Source: Octopus vulgaris (lineage: Eukaryota). From it: a stretch of DNA of 64,000 bases. This document shows, in pieces, positions 25,198-39,044 of this stretch. A program made the position numbers and the translations under genes. Position 1 is the first letter of the stretch; each line of letters opens with the position of its first letter. The notes below the pieces were generated by a model that was not told where the DNA came from, did not search any database, and saw only the letters and a program-made list of their open reading frames with translations. The DNA lies in contig OX597814.1 in NCBI GenBank assembly GCA_951406725.2, positions 130,138,001 to 130,202,000 on the forward strand, given 5' to 3'.

Positions 25198-26758
25198 CCT
25201 CTGTTTCTATGTTACTGTGTTAGGAACAATTCAATCTCAGTGAATCAGTTATTTGAAACTAGGTTGGCTTGAAAGGCTGCCATGCCGTTAGTCAACACGA
25301 ACGACAGCGATAACAACGAAGTACCATAACGAAAGGCCTCATCTACGCTGACTATGTTTTGCTTGGTCAGTAGAGCTATCAAGCATAGACGTCCATAAAG
25401 AAAAGATTGACTTAATTGTTGTTGCAATTATCAAAGGTGTCCCATTTCTGATCATCTTATCTTTTTGCTATCGAGGATTATATTTATCAATCGTTTTGAA
25501 AGGAGTAGTGCGTGATTTAAGAGAAAATTTCGCTGTTAATTTTAGCAAGTTGAACGATAGAACAAAGCATCTCTCGTTAGCTTGGGATAAATTTAATAGT
25601 AACGAAGGTAATACTGTTAGTAAATGTAGATTGCCGTGACGTGTCGCACAATACGGTTACGTGTCGCACAAACAACCGTGGAAGCAGTCGTACCAGTGAA
25701 ACAATGTCTGTGAACTCGTGATTACTGTGTCACGAATTAGTAAGGATAGTTATTGAGCCTAGAGTCAAAGACACTCATCAATAACAAATATGTCAAAGAT
25801 GACGGATTTATACCTCTAGCAAGTATTTGGGGATGTTTGTATAAAATATGCAAAAGAAAACCACGGTATTGATTGATGACTCATTTGAAATAACTGACGC
25901 GTGATATCAATCTTCAGGCACTTCACTGGTTTTCAATGTTCCATAGAGACAATAACAATATAACACACTTAAATTCGTTTTTTTATTGGTTTCGTCTGCA
26001 GATTTCAACTTCAGAAAATACGAATTCTTAGAAATCTGCCATTCAACCACAAAGTTACATGCCAATGGTCGCTGGTCTTAATTTTTTCTAATACTTTATT
26101 CAAGTAGTGGGGAAGTACCGACTAACTTTCTAAGGGACTTCTGGGCAAGTTAGGGAAAATATACGTAATGCTTAATTTACTGCGCTAAGAAGCAGCAAAT
26201 TAAGGAAAAAAAAGTCCGAATACTTGCAGCATAATGCACAAGACTAAACTCATATAAAGTCTCTGTGAGGATGTTAAACTCTGTGTCAGATAAAGTTGCT
26301 AAACATAGCAGCCAAACCTTCCTCAGAACTCACCCTAACGCATTTCAAAAGGAAAAGAAGCATTAGTTAATGTAGTCGTTCGCATAAGTTATTAATGGTA
26401 TGTAATAGAAGCGTAAGAGAGCAGTAGACACTCGTTCGAAACGAATACATACAAACTATAATCAGTTATGAAGAAAGGGTTTTCAGTCGAAAACAATCGA
26501 ATTATTGGCAAAACGTAATCATTTTGACAGATGAAAGGACGTTATATTTAGAACATATTTCTAATATAGTACAGCGGTTTGTGCTAAAAATGCATCGTCG
26601 CTGGATAGTTGGATTAAAAAGTGTGGAAGCCTAGCTATTCGTTTTTTAGTAGGCATGGTGAGAGTATTGCAAAGTGTGCATTGCAAGAGTTTTATAAAGA
26701 GGACACAACAACAATCTGAAAACAATGAGATGCATATACATGCATATATATACATGTA

Positions 26759-26973
26759 CGAGGGGTGCTGAAAAGTTCCTGGTTTTAAGTGCATCGCGAA
26801 AGGCTTGGTCAAGACCCTACTTTCCAAGTTCTTTTACGGGGTTTCGAAAAACTAAAGGACCGCTGCAATAAGTGCGTGACTCTGAGAGGGGAATATATTA
26901 AATAAAATCATAATTAACTGAGCCTCCTGTATTTTCTTTTACCCAAAGCCAGGAATTTTTCACCACCCCATCG
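26759..26973 (+). mobile_element. mariner-derived MITE
   Basis: TA flanks; imperfect TIRs CGAGGGGTGCTGAAAAGTTCCTGG / CCAGGAATTTTTCACCACCCCATCG; internal remnant KDRCNKCVTLRGEYIK* resembles a mariner C-terminus. Confidence 0.8.
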
Positions 26974-26987
26974 TACATGCGCATGTG

Positions 26988-27028
<41 letters not shown>

Positions 27029-27656
27029 ACATATATATTCTCTAGGTAGTGAACTGGTGGTCGGTTCATTGGAAATAGGTAGTCAATGTGTAACTGGTCA
27101 TTTACTGTACCCATTCTTTTGCAAGCAATGGAATTGAGTCATATGCCTTCAAATTACTTCGTTGTTTCTTCCCACCGGTCTCAATGGGTCTGGAAGCAAC
27201 CATGAGCGCTGCACTTTATTTAGAAAGAAACAATAAAATATAAGCTGGTTTATTTTTACCAGTTATGGGTGAACGGAGTAAAGATCGGTGATTTGTATAA
27301 TTTTACCGTCCCTATGTCATCTGTGTGATCAACTCAGTAAACTCTCAGCAACTCAACTTCGTTCCGCATTTAATATGTATCATAGGACCATGGAAAAGAA
27401 GCCACAATAACCAATGAAAGCACAGCTATTGGATGAGATTTTTTTTGAGTTCTGGAGAGAATTAGGCGTTGCATATTTCATACTAGCGGTACGGGAAATA
27501 ATGAAACAAAAGAATGAATCGTAAGAGTGATACTTTTTTATCATATTACAAATATATCTGTGATTGCAACTTAATTTGCATAGGAAATTGCCTCAGCTTT
27601 ATGTCTTATACAAAAATGCATAACCGCACTTATCGATAATTTACATAGTAATAATT

Positions 27657-27720
27657 AAGGCAGTGAGCTGGCAGAAACGCTAGCACGCCGGGCGAAATGC
27701 GTAGCCGTATTTCGTCTGTC
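27657..27720 (+). mobile_element. SINE family B 5' head (target of the Tx1 insertion)
   Basis: AAGGCAGTGAGCTGGCAGAAACGCTAGCACGCCGGGCGAAATGCGTAGCCGTATTTCGTCTGTC matches the heads at 57113 and 62919. Confidence 0.9.
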
Positions 27721-27885
27721 GCACATGTGTTCGTGAAGTAAGAATTGCTGTTTCGTGGTGTTAATATTGTTAACAACTGTTGTTTCTTGTTAAACTGTTG
27801 AATAACTTAACTGTTGGAGTTTTCAATTGAAAACACTTAGTGCTTGTGGTAGCACGCGTTGTTCATTCCCCCTTTGGGGGGAAGA

Positions 27886-29414
27886 ATGTCGTCTAGCATG
27901 GAGCCTACCGTTGGAGCAGAAATACTTGTTTCTCCTGTTGAGAGGAGGAAATACATGTCCGGCGAGGAGCCAACTACAGACAAGGAAATAGGGGTTTCCC
28001 CCGCTACAAGAAGGAATAGCAGAGAGGATAATATATTTGATATTTTTGGAGATGTGTCTGAGAGCTCGTCAGAACTTTCACCAGAAGAGTTTCCGACTTT
28101 GCCAGAGAACAAAGGCATTGTGTCGAAGAGAATAATTGATGTGCCTAGCATCCAGATAGAACCAAAAAATGGAAAAAAAAGTTTTGCGTTGGCTGCTGGG
28201 GGTGGAACCCAGATACTGTCGACGAATAAAAGCGAAATTATGAAATACAGCAAAATGATGGAAATAACTGACAACGGTGTGAAAATTGAACCTCCGCAAA
28301 AGTTATTACAGGAAGAAAAGCAAAAAACAATAATTTTCAAAACATATTGTCTACAAAAAAGAAAAATTGAAAGAATGTCAGAAGAGAAAATAGAAAAGTG
28401 CTTAAAGCCAATATTGGGCGACGTAGTATTTCTGAGAAGAGGAAAAAATTCGGAACGGTGGAAGTAAGGTTCACCAATAAAGAAATAGCACACAAGAACT
28501 CAGTTGAAACGTTGAAAACGAACGACGTGGAGTTAATCCCCTATTATATGGGGATGAGGACGTCGCGAATAAAAATTACAAGGGTCCCGCCAGAGGTCGA
28601 ACCTATGTGGTTGTTGGCGGCAGTCCTAATCAAAGAGGTAGAAAAAATTACTCTCCTCCAGGCTACCGCTACGGAAAACCCACGCTGGGATGGTCAAACA
28701 ATTAATCTTCTCATTCAAGCGGACCCTAAAATAATTCAAACAATTCCTGAGACAATTGAGGTAGGGGAGGAGAACCTCGTGGTGTTTGTTGAGGGCCGAA
28801 AACCTCGATGTTTTTTATGTGGTCAATTAGGCCACATTCGAAGGAACTGCAAGGAAAATGAAGAAGAGGAGGAAGAGGAGAAAAAAGACAAAGAGGAAGA
28901 AGATAAAGAAGAAACAGATGAGAAAAAAACAACAAACAAAAGAAAAATACAACCAGCAACCCAGCCGAGAGCGGCGACTACTACAGAACAACGACCAAAA
29001 AAGACTGCCAGAAGAGAAAAAGAAGAAAAAGGCATAATAGCCGTATACACTAAAGATACTGAGCTCATGAGAGACATTCAACTCATAAAGACTGTAAAAA
29101 AAATTGATAACCTTTCAGAGGAATTTATCAATTACGACATATATGAAGTCTCAAATAAGACTTATAGAATTCTACAAAATAAGTACAGAAAGACTGTATC
29201 TTCATTGAGATTAGATTTTAACAAGTCGATATTTCATGGATTACCAGCTCCGATCCCGCGAGAAAAGGAAAAGGTGGAGATTCCCCCTCCACCTGATAAT
29301 TCTGTGTCGGTGGTGAGACGGGATTTTGACAAATCTATTTCCCAAGACCGTCCACCTCCGACCCTGGATCAAAAAAAGGTGGAGGGTCCCCCTCCACCGG
29401 ACAATCCTAATTAA
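27886..29414 (+). CDS. Tx1-like ORF1 (gag-like, CCHC knuckle), one frameshift near 28445
   Basis: Two overlapping ORFs joined at an A-run; CFLCGQLGHIRRNC zinc knuckle; acidic linker and Pro-rich end. Confidence 0.8.
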
Positions 29415-29425
29415 ACAGGTAAGTG

Positions 29426-32400
29426 ATGGCTATTCACATTGGTTGTTTAAATGTTCATGGCCTGTTGTCAAGCTGGAAGCAAGGACGCTTTCTGAATGAC
29501 ATCAGGTCGAGAAATTTGGATGTAATTGTTGCAACGGAAACCCGGGTGAAGGGGCCAAGAGATCTGCTCCCCCTCCTGAACGGCTACGAGAAATACGTTT
29601 CTCCGAGTCGGGCGGGAGGTGGGGGTGGGGTGTTGGTCCTACTAAAAAGAAACCGGGTAGCCGAGAAAAAGTTGGTTTTTTCTGACCCAGAAGGCAGGCT
29701 GGTCGTTCTCGACTTGACATTCAGTTGTGGCAAGACAATCAGGCTGGTCGCTATTTACGCACCAAACATTATTGGCCCGCAAACTGAATATTTTCGTGGC
29801 CTAGGAAAGTTCCTAGCCACGTCGCATTCACTAGTAGTGTTAGGAGACTCTAATACAATATGTGCAGCACACACAGATTGTGTTGGCTCAAACTCGAACA
29901 TGAACAGAAAATGTAACCCAGGCTTTCGGGATCTGCTAAGTCAATTTCAGCTAGCAGATCCATATAGGTTGGAGCACCCGAACACTCCACAGTGGACGTG
30001 GTCAAATAGTGACGGGTCTACCAGAACATATCTAGATAGGATTTTAATTAGAGAAAAAGATAAGTCCATAGTTGAGTGTCCACAGTTTTTTCTAGTCAGC
30101 TACAGTGACCACAAGATGGTTACCTGTAAACTGACGGTAGATAAGTTGCATAGACAGGGATCTGGCTACTGGAAACTCAATACGTCCCTTTTGGCGATTG
30201 AGGAGTACAGAAAGCGGATCAAGATGTTAATACAGAGGGCATTAACAGGTACCATCATTAATAACAAATGGTGGTACGCCCTAAAAAGAGCCATCAAATA
30301 TGAGTCTATTAGGTTTAGCATAAGTTTAGCTAAGAAGGGACGTAAAATAGGAGATGGTCTAGTTAAGGAACTAGAAGAAGCCTGGAGGACTGGTAATACA
30401 GACCAAGCGAGGGTGAAAAGACTGGAGTTAAACCAGCATCTTGAAGCCCACCACATGGGAAGTATTACCAGAGCTAAGTTACGTGCAATGGGAAGTGAAG
30501 GAATCAAAGCCGCTGGATGGGCCCGAGTGGTGGAAGCTCGGCAAGGAAATAGTTCCTCTATTCGGTCTTTGACGAATCAAAATGGTGTCTTGATAAACGA
30601 ACCCGAGAAAATGTGTGAGGTCTTTCGGGAGTACTTCGCCCAGCTGTTCGGGGGTGACGGCGGTCCTGGTGGTGGGAGAGCCCTCGAGGACTTTCTTACC
30701 GGGCTGCCGTGCCTCTCGGGGTCGGATGCGGAGTCTTGCGAAGGGCCAATCACACCTGAGGAGGTGATGGAGGCTTTGGCCGATTGTAAAGCGGGTAAGT
30801 CACCGGGACTTGATGGTCTTCCGTACGAGCTGTATAAATGTATGCCAGACTTGTTCGGGCAACTACTGACTGACGTGTACGCGAACTGGAAACAGAATGG
30901 GTTTATCCCCAGATCTGTGCGCCGGGGAGTAGTGACGTTGGTCAGAAAGGACCCGGACAAGGGGGACGTTCTAGAGAATTTCAGGCCCATCACTCTGTTA
31001 AACGCAGAAGTGAAGATTTTGGCCAAGGTTCTAGCAAAAAGGTTGGCGCGTGTCGCGAATGGTATAGTCGGGGAGGCACAGACATGTGCCATCCCAGGCA
31101 GAACCATTCAGGATACCCTCCATCTTATTCGCTATACCATAGAGAGGTTTGGTAATAAATCTGGCAAAGGTGGGGCATTGGTGCATTTGGACCAGTCTAA
31201 AGCTTTTGATAGGGTTGACCATCGATACCTAGCGACTGTACTTGCGCGGTTTGGCCTGGGCCTTGGCTTCCTCAGGTGGTTTATCGCTTTGTACCACAAC
31301 ATTGACTCGATAGTTCGGGTGAACGGTTTCCTTTCGAAGCCGTTCTGCATCAGACGCTCGGTTCGTCAAGGATGTCCGCTTTCACCACTTTTGTATGTGA
31401 TGGCTCTCGAGCCATTACTGCAAAGGTTGAGTGGCATCCCGAGAGAACCAGGACTAGAGGAGTTTGTTACGGCTTTCGCGGATGATATCACTATCAGTGT
31501 AACCACAGTGGCACGCCTACGTGAAGTAGGTAAGACTATTGAGGCTTACGAGGAGGTAGCAGGAGCAAAGATTAACCGGGAAAAGTCGGTCGGCTTGCAG
31601 CTCGGCACCTGGGTTGGCAAGTCGATGCCTTCAGACAGTGTTGTTAGGCGCTGGACGGAGGGACCGGTTAAGTTGCTGGGAGTCTGGTTTGGACCAGGCC
31701 TCCAGATAGAGAAGAACTGGACGGAGGTATTGAGCAGGGTGGCTGCAGTAGTCAAGACCTGGTCTTGGCGGTGGCTATCCCTGAAAGGGAGGGCGGAAGT
31801 GGCCAATGTGTTTATCGCATCGGTCATTACCTACCGCCTGACCGTCGTGCCCTGTCCGGATTCGTGGTTGATCAGGTTGGAGAGACAGCTCTTTCGCTTT
31901 TTGTGGAAGGGCAGGTCGCCACTTGTGAAACGCTCTGTCTGCTGTCAAAAGCCTTTAAATGGAGGTTTAGGGATGCCTTGGTTAATGATGCGCAGACATG
32001 CGTTGAGGTTGAGGCACCTCTGGATTCTCCTGGATAGTGAACGGGTGTGGTCTCCGCTGGCCAGACAAATGTTCCCGAGTTCAAGAGTTTTTGCGAACAG
32101 GAAGCCTGGTGTTCTCGTAGACCGAGGTCGTGTGAGTGGCATAAAGAGTGCCGTAAGGCCCTCTTGCTGTTCCGGTGCTCGGGCAACGCCAGCGGTGGGG
32201 GTTCCACACGGATTTTATATAGTGGGTTGGTAGAGTCTGAATGCGACGATGGCCTGGGGTCGACTCTAGGTCTCGGATTTATTCAACTGGACAGCTTGTT
32301 TCATCGTACATTCGTGTTGAGAACGTTGGACAACTTCCAAAAGTCCTTAACCTGGCAATGCTACAGAGGTGCCTTGCCCGTTTGGGATAAGCTCGCAAGA

Positions 32401-32826
32401 CATGGTAAACGTCAGTCGCCGACCTGTCCAAGATGCGGGGGGGACAGGGAAACCGTCCCTCACGCTATTGTTCAGTGTTCGGAGATAACTGAAATGTGGG
32501 CTTATGCTGAACATCTGTTGTCCGGCGAAGGAAGAGTACGGCTGTCGACTGAGTCAATTATAAAAATTGACCCACCGGGAGTTCTAACGAACGAAGGTAA
32601 GAATTGTTTTCTCACGGTTGTAGCAATAGCAAAAGAGGCTGTATGGAAGACTAGGATAAAAGGAATTAAGACAGGCAACTTTATCTCTGGTGACAATTTA
32701 CGATCCTTTTTTTCTTTTCATTTGAAAAGGAAACTGTGGCTGGAGAAGAGGTGTCTGTCAGAGTGTACGTTCCAAAAGAGATGGAAGTATGTTGCACGAG
32801 TGTTGTGCGTGCAAGGAACCGTGTGA
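29426..32826 (+). CDS. Tx1-like ORF2: apurinic-type endonuclease, reverse transcriptase and C-terminal CCHC; one frameshift near 32075
   Basis: APE motifs CLNVHGL, IYAPN, LGDSN, LDRIL, SDHK; RT motifs KSPGLDGLP, FRPITLLN, DQSKAFDRVDH, VRQGCPLSP, FADDI; C-terminal CPRC...ETVPHAIVQC. Confidence 0.9.
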
Positions 32827-34259
32827 ATAGACGAGGAAAAAAAAAAAAAAGGAAAAATAAAAAGGTATCAGCGGTAGATCGGGGCTTGTGGGATCGGAGC
32901 GTAACTTGATCATCGCTTCATTTGTATTGTTTTGTACTGTGTATTCCATTCGATTTTTATGTATTGTATTTTATTTTTGATGTCACATTTATGTAAAATC
33001 ATATCGATTCACTGATCCCATCAGTTGTACTGTCCATATCTATGTTTGGCCCCGGTGGGCAATAAAGAAATTCGTATTTCGTCTGTCCTATATATACGCC
33101 ACAAAAACCGGGAAACCGGGCCCATGAGCCTGGCTAGACTTGAAAAGGGCGACGTTTATCGTTTTATTTATTTCTAAAAAAATATCTTTGAATAATTGTT
33201 TTTTCAATCTTTACTTAACATATTTATGGTTCCCGTACTAATTCACTTGATCAAAAACAAAACAACAAAAAAGCTCAAACAACTACATCAAAAATGTTTA
33301 TTTGATTGAAGCAGTGTGTTCAAATCTTATCTGCAGGAGTTTAAAGAAACGTAGTGGATAATCATACTAGTATTCAGCTTTGCACTAACGGACTCGATCA
33401 ATCAGCCACTTGCTCTTTGGTGTTGTAATTAATATGGTCCAATCTTGTTTGTTTCTTTTTCCAAGACCACATCCCTTTGGGACATAATTTCTAATTATGT
33501 TTTCCATTGTAGTATTAACTTCGCTCAATCCAAACTAAGTATCAGCGAAATTAATATCGCTCTTACCCAACTATTCTTGTGTTACAATGTATATAAATAT
33601 TATAATTAGTGGTTACTGTCCCCAGTCCTTGGATTAAATTGGAGATAAAAATAAATCATTATAGATGGCAAATCTGATGACAAAAATAATTGAAATATAA
33701 AAAATAAGGTATTGAGCACTCCGCCCGAACTAGTAGTGGTGTAATTTTAGAAGACAGTATTAGCACAACCGATAATGATTATTACATATACAACTCTAAT
33801 ATGTCGAAAATTGACCATATCAAGAGTTTTATAGCAAAGAGTAACAGAGATACATGGTACCGAAGAAATTCGAACGCGACGCATAGCACCTTGATATTCT
33901 TTCTTGATATCATGTTTTTGGCATTGGGCAGGCAAGTCAGTGTTGTAATTTATAGAAGAAAAGCTGATGAATCTGCTTAACTAAGTCTACTCTGGTTGAT
34001 CAAATTTACAATCAAAGGTATCTCCTCCGTCACTGTTAAGATCTTTTGTAGATCAGAAAATGTATTCTTCAAAGCTTCCTTGTTTTAAAGATAGATGTAC
34101 TTTAAAGTTATACTTTAATGAGTTGCAGCAAAACGAATGACCATATATAGATATTCTCGTTGTACAGGAGAATGTTGTAGGGCCGTGAGATGTACTTTGA
34201 CATGAAGTAAACACCAAGGAACAACGGTATGCCTCTCTTCTCTTTATATTTCCTATGTA

Positions 34260-35541
34260 CGAGGGGCGTTCAATAAGTAATGCCCCTGACCCACTTCCCA
34301 TAGCAGTAGAGTAACGAAACTTGGAACAGTTATTAGTCTTTTTCTACATAGGAACCACCCAGAGTTACTCATTTCTCCCATCGTTTGATGCAGCTCTGGA
34401 GACCGTTTTTGTAGAAGACCCCAGCTTGGTCCTCCAACCACGACGTGACTTCAGAAATCAAGGCTGCATCATCTGGGAAACGCTTTCCTTTCAAAAACAA
34501 CTTCATGGCTGGGAAGAGGTGAAAATCAGAGGCTGCAAGGTCAGGAGAGTAGGGGGGATGGGGGATGAGTTCATAGCCGCACGCCTGTGCTTCTGATCTG
34601 GCGACACGCGAGTTGTGGATCGGAGCGTTGTCCTGCAGGAGGAGGATGCCTTTGCTGATCTTGCTCCGCCTCTTGATTTTGATAGCTTCTCTTAATTTCC
34701 TCAAAAGTGAAGCATAATATACTCCTGTAATTGTGGCACCCTTTGCCAGGAAATCTGTCTCCACTACTCGGTCCTGGTCCCAGAAGACTGTAAGCATGAC
34801 CTTGCCAGCGGAGGGCTGCACCCTTGCCTTCTTTGGAGGAGGTGAGTCACGGTGCTTCCACTGCATTGACTGGGCTTTGGTCTCTGGATCATAGTGATGG
34901 ACCCAGGTTTTATCCTATGCAATCAGTCTTTTGAAAAATTTTGACTCATCTTCTTGGCACATCTCCAAATTCATCCTCGAGCAATCGACGCGTTCTTGCT
35001 TCTGGAAAGGTGTGAGCAACTGGGAATCCATCTGGCAGACACCTTTTGCATATGCAAATGGTCATGAATGATAGTTTCCACAGACCCGGTACTAATCTTG
35101 ACCTCATGGGCTATTTGGCGAATAGTTATGCGTCGATCTTCTAAAATGGCAGCCTCAACTTGACAGACAGATGCCTCATCAGTGGCAGAAGGGGGCGACC
35201 AGATCTGGGAGCTGTTTCCACAGAGTTCCGACCATGTTTGAATTCACGATGCCAGCGTTTTACAAGGTCATATGATGGGGCATCATCACCATAAGTTACT
35301 TTCATTTCATCAAAAGTCTCCCGTGGTGTGCGTCCTTTCAAATACAAAAACCGGATCACTGCTCGACACTCAACATGCTCCATTTCACACTTGACTCAGT
35401 TCAAACACCTGTAAATCGGAAACCACAATTAGTTCAGAGCTGTAATTTGCCACTTAATCTATAGAGATATAAATAATTGCACATGCAAAATTTCAAACAA
35501 GTGCAAGTGGGTCAGGAGCATTACTTATTGAACGCCCCTCG
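34260..35541 (-). mobile_element. mariner transposon (irritans/Hsmar2-like), full length with frameshifted transposase
   Basis: TIR CGAGGGGCGTTCAATAAGTAATGC(C/T)CCTGACCCACTT at both ends with TA flanks; motifs RAVIRFL, SAGKVMLTVFWD, QDNAP and HPPYSPDLAASDF. Confidence 0.95.
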
Positions 35542-35737
35542 TAATAACCAGTCTACCAATATGATACTTCATCTACCAGTTTTTGAAATTATTACAATTA
35601 TTTATGTCTTTTGTTATAGACGTTTGTTTTCCCTGAAATCAACTCAGAGAAGAAGAATACTCATGCAAGTGTTTCCACCCCGTCTAGAGTTAAGGGCCGA
35701 AACACTTGCATGAGGGGAGGGTTCCATCTCTGAAGAT

Positions 35738-36114
35738 TTTTTCTACTCTAATCACAAGGCTCGAAATTTTTGGGGAGGGGTCCAATCGATTCGATCGACC
35801 CCAGAACGCAAATGGGACTTAATTTATTGACCCCGAAAGGACGAAAGGCAAAGTCGACCTCGGCGGAATTTGAACTCAAAGCGTAAAGGCAGACGAAATA
35901 CATATTTCTTTACTACCCACAAGGGTCTAAACATAGAGGGGACAAACAAGGACAGACAAAGGTATAGTGCGTAACTGGTACTTAATTTATCGACCCCGAA
36001 AAGATGAAAGGCAAAGTCGACCTCGGCGGAATTTGAACTTAGAACGTAACGGCAGACGAAATACGGCTACGCATTTCGCCCGACGTGCAAACGTTTCTGC
36101 CAGCTCGCCGCCTT
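35738..36114 (-). mobile_element. SINE family B nested pair
   Basis: Tail ...GGGTAGTAAAGAAATA joined at 35903/35902 to TGTATTTCGTCTGCC...; the outer copy ends with the alternative tail. Confidence 0.87.
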
Positions 36115-37237
36115 TCCTCTGAAGGCCTTCTGCTGTCCAATTCTCCCTAGAGTTTCATACTGCCTTATCCTCAGATCTGCTCTATTTGAGCTGGCTTACA
36201 ATCGAATACTTTCTACCTGTGACCATCCCTGCCTTATTTTCGGGAATAGAATATCTAAGGTTACCTTATTCAAGACTTTCTTCCCTTTTTTTTTCTTTTC
36301 TCTTAAGATCATACTACGTGATTATTAGGTTGAGGTTTGGCAGCATTTCTAGCTGAGACCTCCAGTAACTCGTTACTGAAACTAATGTGTTTCTTTAAAT
36401 GAACAAGTGTTGGAACACTTGTAATTTTTAATACTAAATCAACTTCAAGTGTATTTGTTTTCGTATTGTTTTATTTCCATTTACGCTTACAACAATTTCT
36501 CAAAAAAAAACCAGCAAAACAGAAGAAAATGAATATAAAAAATGGAAATTATCTTCATGAAGTCATCAGCATCATCATATGTTTTTGTCGTTGCGTTTTA
36601 GACCACCTGCTGCGAATTAGTCCAAATTTTAAGAATACATAGACAAATACAAAGAATGGAGTCATTTGAAAAATTGAGGCGATATAATAGTAAACGAGGT
36701 TTCTGCGAGTTGTGGTTATTACTAGCTGAGAGCGATTTATTATCACCGATAGATTTAATATCAAACTCTTGTTTGCAAATACATACATGTTTTTGTTCAT
36801 TTGAAAAGAAAATGGCGATGGTTTTTGAGCTGATAAAAACAAGCGCACACTTACGTACGTGCATACACAAACATATTCATTTCGCACAAATGCACATACA
36901 GATTTGCATTTTGCGCGTGCGCTCACACACACAAATACATGCATTTCGGATACACACTCGCATACAATATCACATTATCACATTCCTGTACATAAAACAC
37001 ACTAGTCGCATACGACATAGATAAATGTAAACACAGCGGTGTACTTTGAAAATTCAAAACATCAAAAAGAAGAAACTACATGCGTGACTAAAACACCTTG
37101 CAGCAAAGGGAGCTTGTATTTTCCTATAATGGTTACTAATTAGTTATAGACAATTATGAAGTGTTCTTTGGTGTAACTGATATACAAAGACTATCAATTT
37201 TCAAGTGCAGGGTATCTTTAATCTATCTATCTATCTC

Positions 37238-37335
<98 letters not shown>

Positions 37336-37389
37336 GTCTCTCTCTCTCTATCTATCTATCTATCATCCATCTGTCCACCTATCTGTCTG

Positions 37390-37464
<75 letters not shown>

Positions 37465-37598
37465 GTCTGTCTGTCTGTCTATCTCTGTGTATCTGTCTGT
37501 CTGTCTATCTATCTCTGTGTATCTGTCTGTCTATCTATCTCTGTCTGTATATCTGTCTGTCTGTCTATCTATCTCAGTGTATCTGTCTGTCTTTCTCT

Positions 37599-37688
<90 letters not shown>

Positions 37689-39044
37689 TAGATAAATATG
37701 TGTGTGTGTATATATATATACACGTGTGTATGGTATAAACATAGATGCATATGTATACACGTGCATATTACATATATATAATACATGCACATATATATTT
37801 ATTTATACATACATAAAAATATAGGTAGATAGATAATTAAATAAATGTGATATCAAACACCGGAAGGATATTGGGCTAATGAAGTCGAACGTTATTGGAA
37901 AGGCTATGAAGATCTATAACTCAGATATGAAAATACAACGATGTAAAATCAACAAATATTGTTGGTTTTGTTGTCAACAGAAGTGAGTAACCTATTTAAT
38001 AAAGAAAACGTGACTCGTTTATTGATGATAAACTGGTGCGCAACCACATGTTTCGGGTTTCAAATTCAGGTCCGCGTCAACAATGTGACTTGGCTTCAAG
38101 CAGATTCGGTGGGAGGTTCTCACAAAGACAACCTTACAAGATCAGTCTAATATCAGTTATATAAGATTTGCCTTTTTTTTACAAAGAGAAAAGGTGATTT
38201 GTCTTTCATTCCTTTAATGCTTGTAAATTGGTATTTAGCAATATCTCAAAAGCGAAAAGCTTGCGGAACCGGCATGGCTGTCAGGTTAAGAAGCTCGTTT
38301 TGCAGCCGTGTGCTATCGGGTTCAGTCCAAATGAGCAGCACTTTGAGCAAATGCGTTCTATTATGGCCCCGGTGCGATCAATGCATTGTGAGTTATTTTG
38401 GTACATTGAAACATCATGTGTGTGTGTGTGTGTGTGTGTGATATAAAAAATTCTACATACGTTTCAATCCAACAATATGTTTGAATCATTAATAATCGTA
38501 ACTTTTATAGATGTAATAAACGATATATTGTCGGATATCGTAGGAAAAATAAGTATATTTTCGGTCTTGAATTACGAAATGACTTATTTCAGGACTATGT
38601 TTAGGAATTTTCAAATGTCAACAAACAACATAAGACGCAGAGTTCATATGATTAGATATTTATCGTTTAAAATTTAGCTAATATTGAACGTTAAAATGCT
38701 GGTGAAACATCAAATTTATTCTAAAAATATATCTATTATTATATTTAAATCTAAATTTAAATTTGAATATATTCATAAAAGTTTATGTGACAGAGCTGGT
38801 AGAAAGACAGATGTAACTTATCATGAACGGTGTAATATACAAAGAATTAGATTGGGAATGTAAATAAAGATTGAATGAAAAATATGTTTATATTATACTA
38901 CTATAATTTTTTGAAGTACTACAGAGAAATATATGGAAGGAAGATGGGATGAATACAAGCATAACTTAACGTGAGTGGTGTAATATATACTACGATAATG
39001 CTTTCTAGAAGTTTTACGGAGAAAAAATATAACTGTGGTGTTAT

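Larger units (their letters stand above)
27721..33072 (+). mobile_element. near full-length Tx1/L1-clade non-LTR retrotransposon with a 15-bp TSD
   Basis: Exact TSD CGTATTTCGTCTGTC at 27706-27720 and 33073-33087; two ORFs; 3' end AATAAAGAAAT. Confidence 0.93.

Noticed and set aside
30166-32207. Antisense ORFs within Tx1 ORF2
   Set aside because: These are shadow frames of a GC-richer coding sequence with no motifs.
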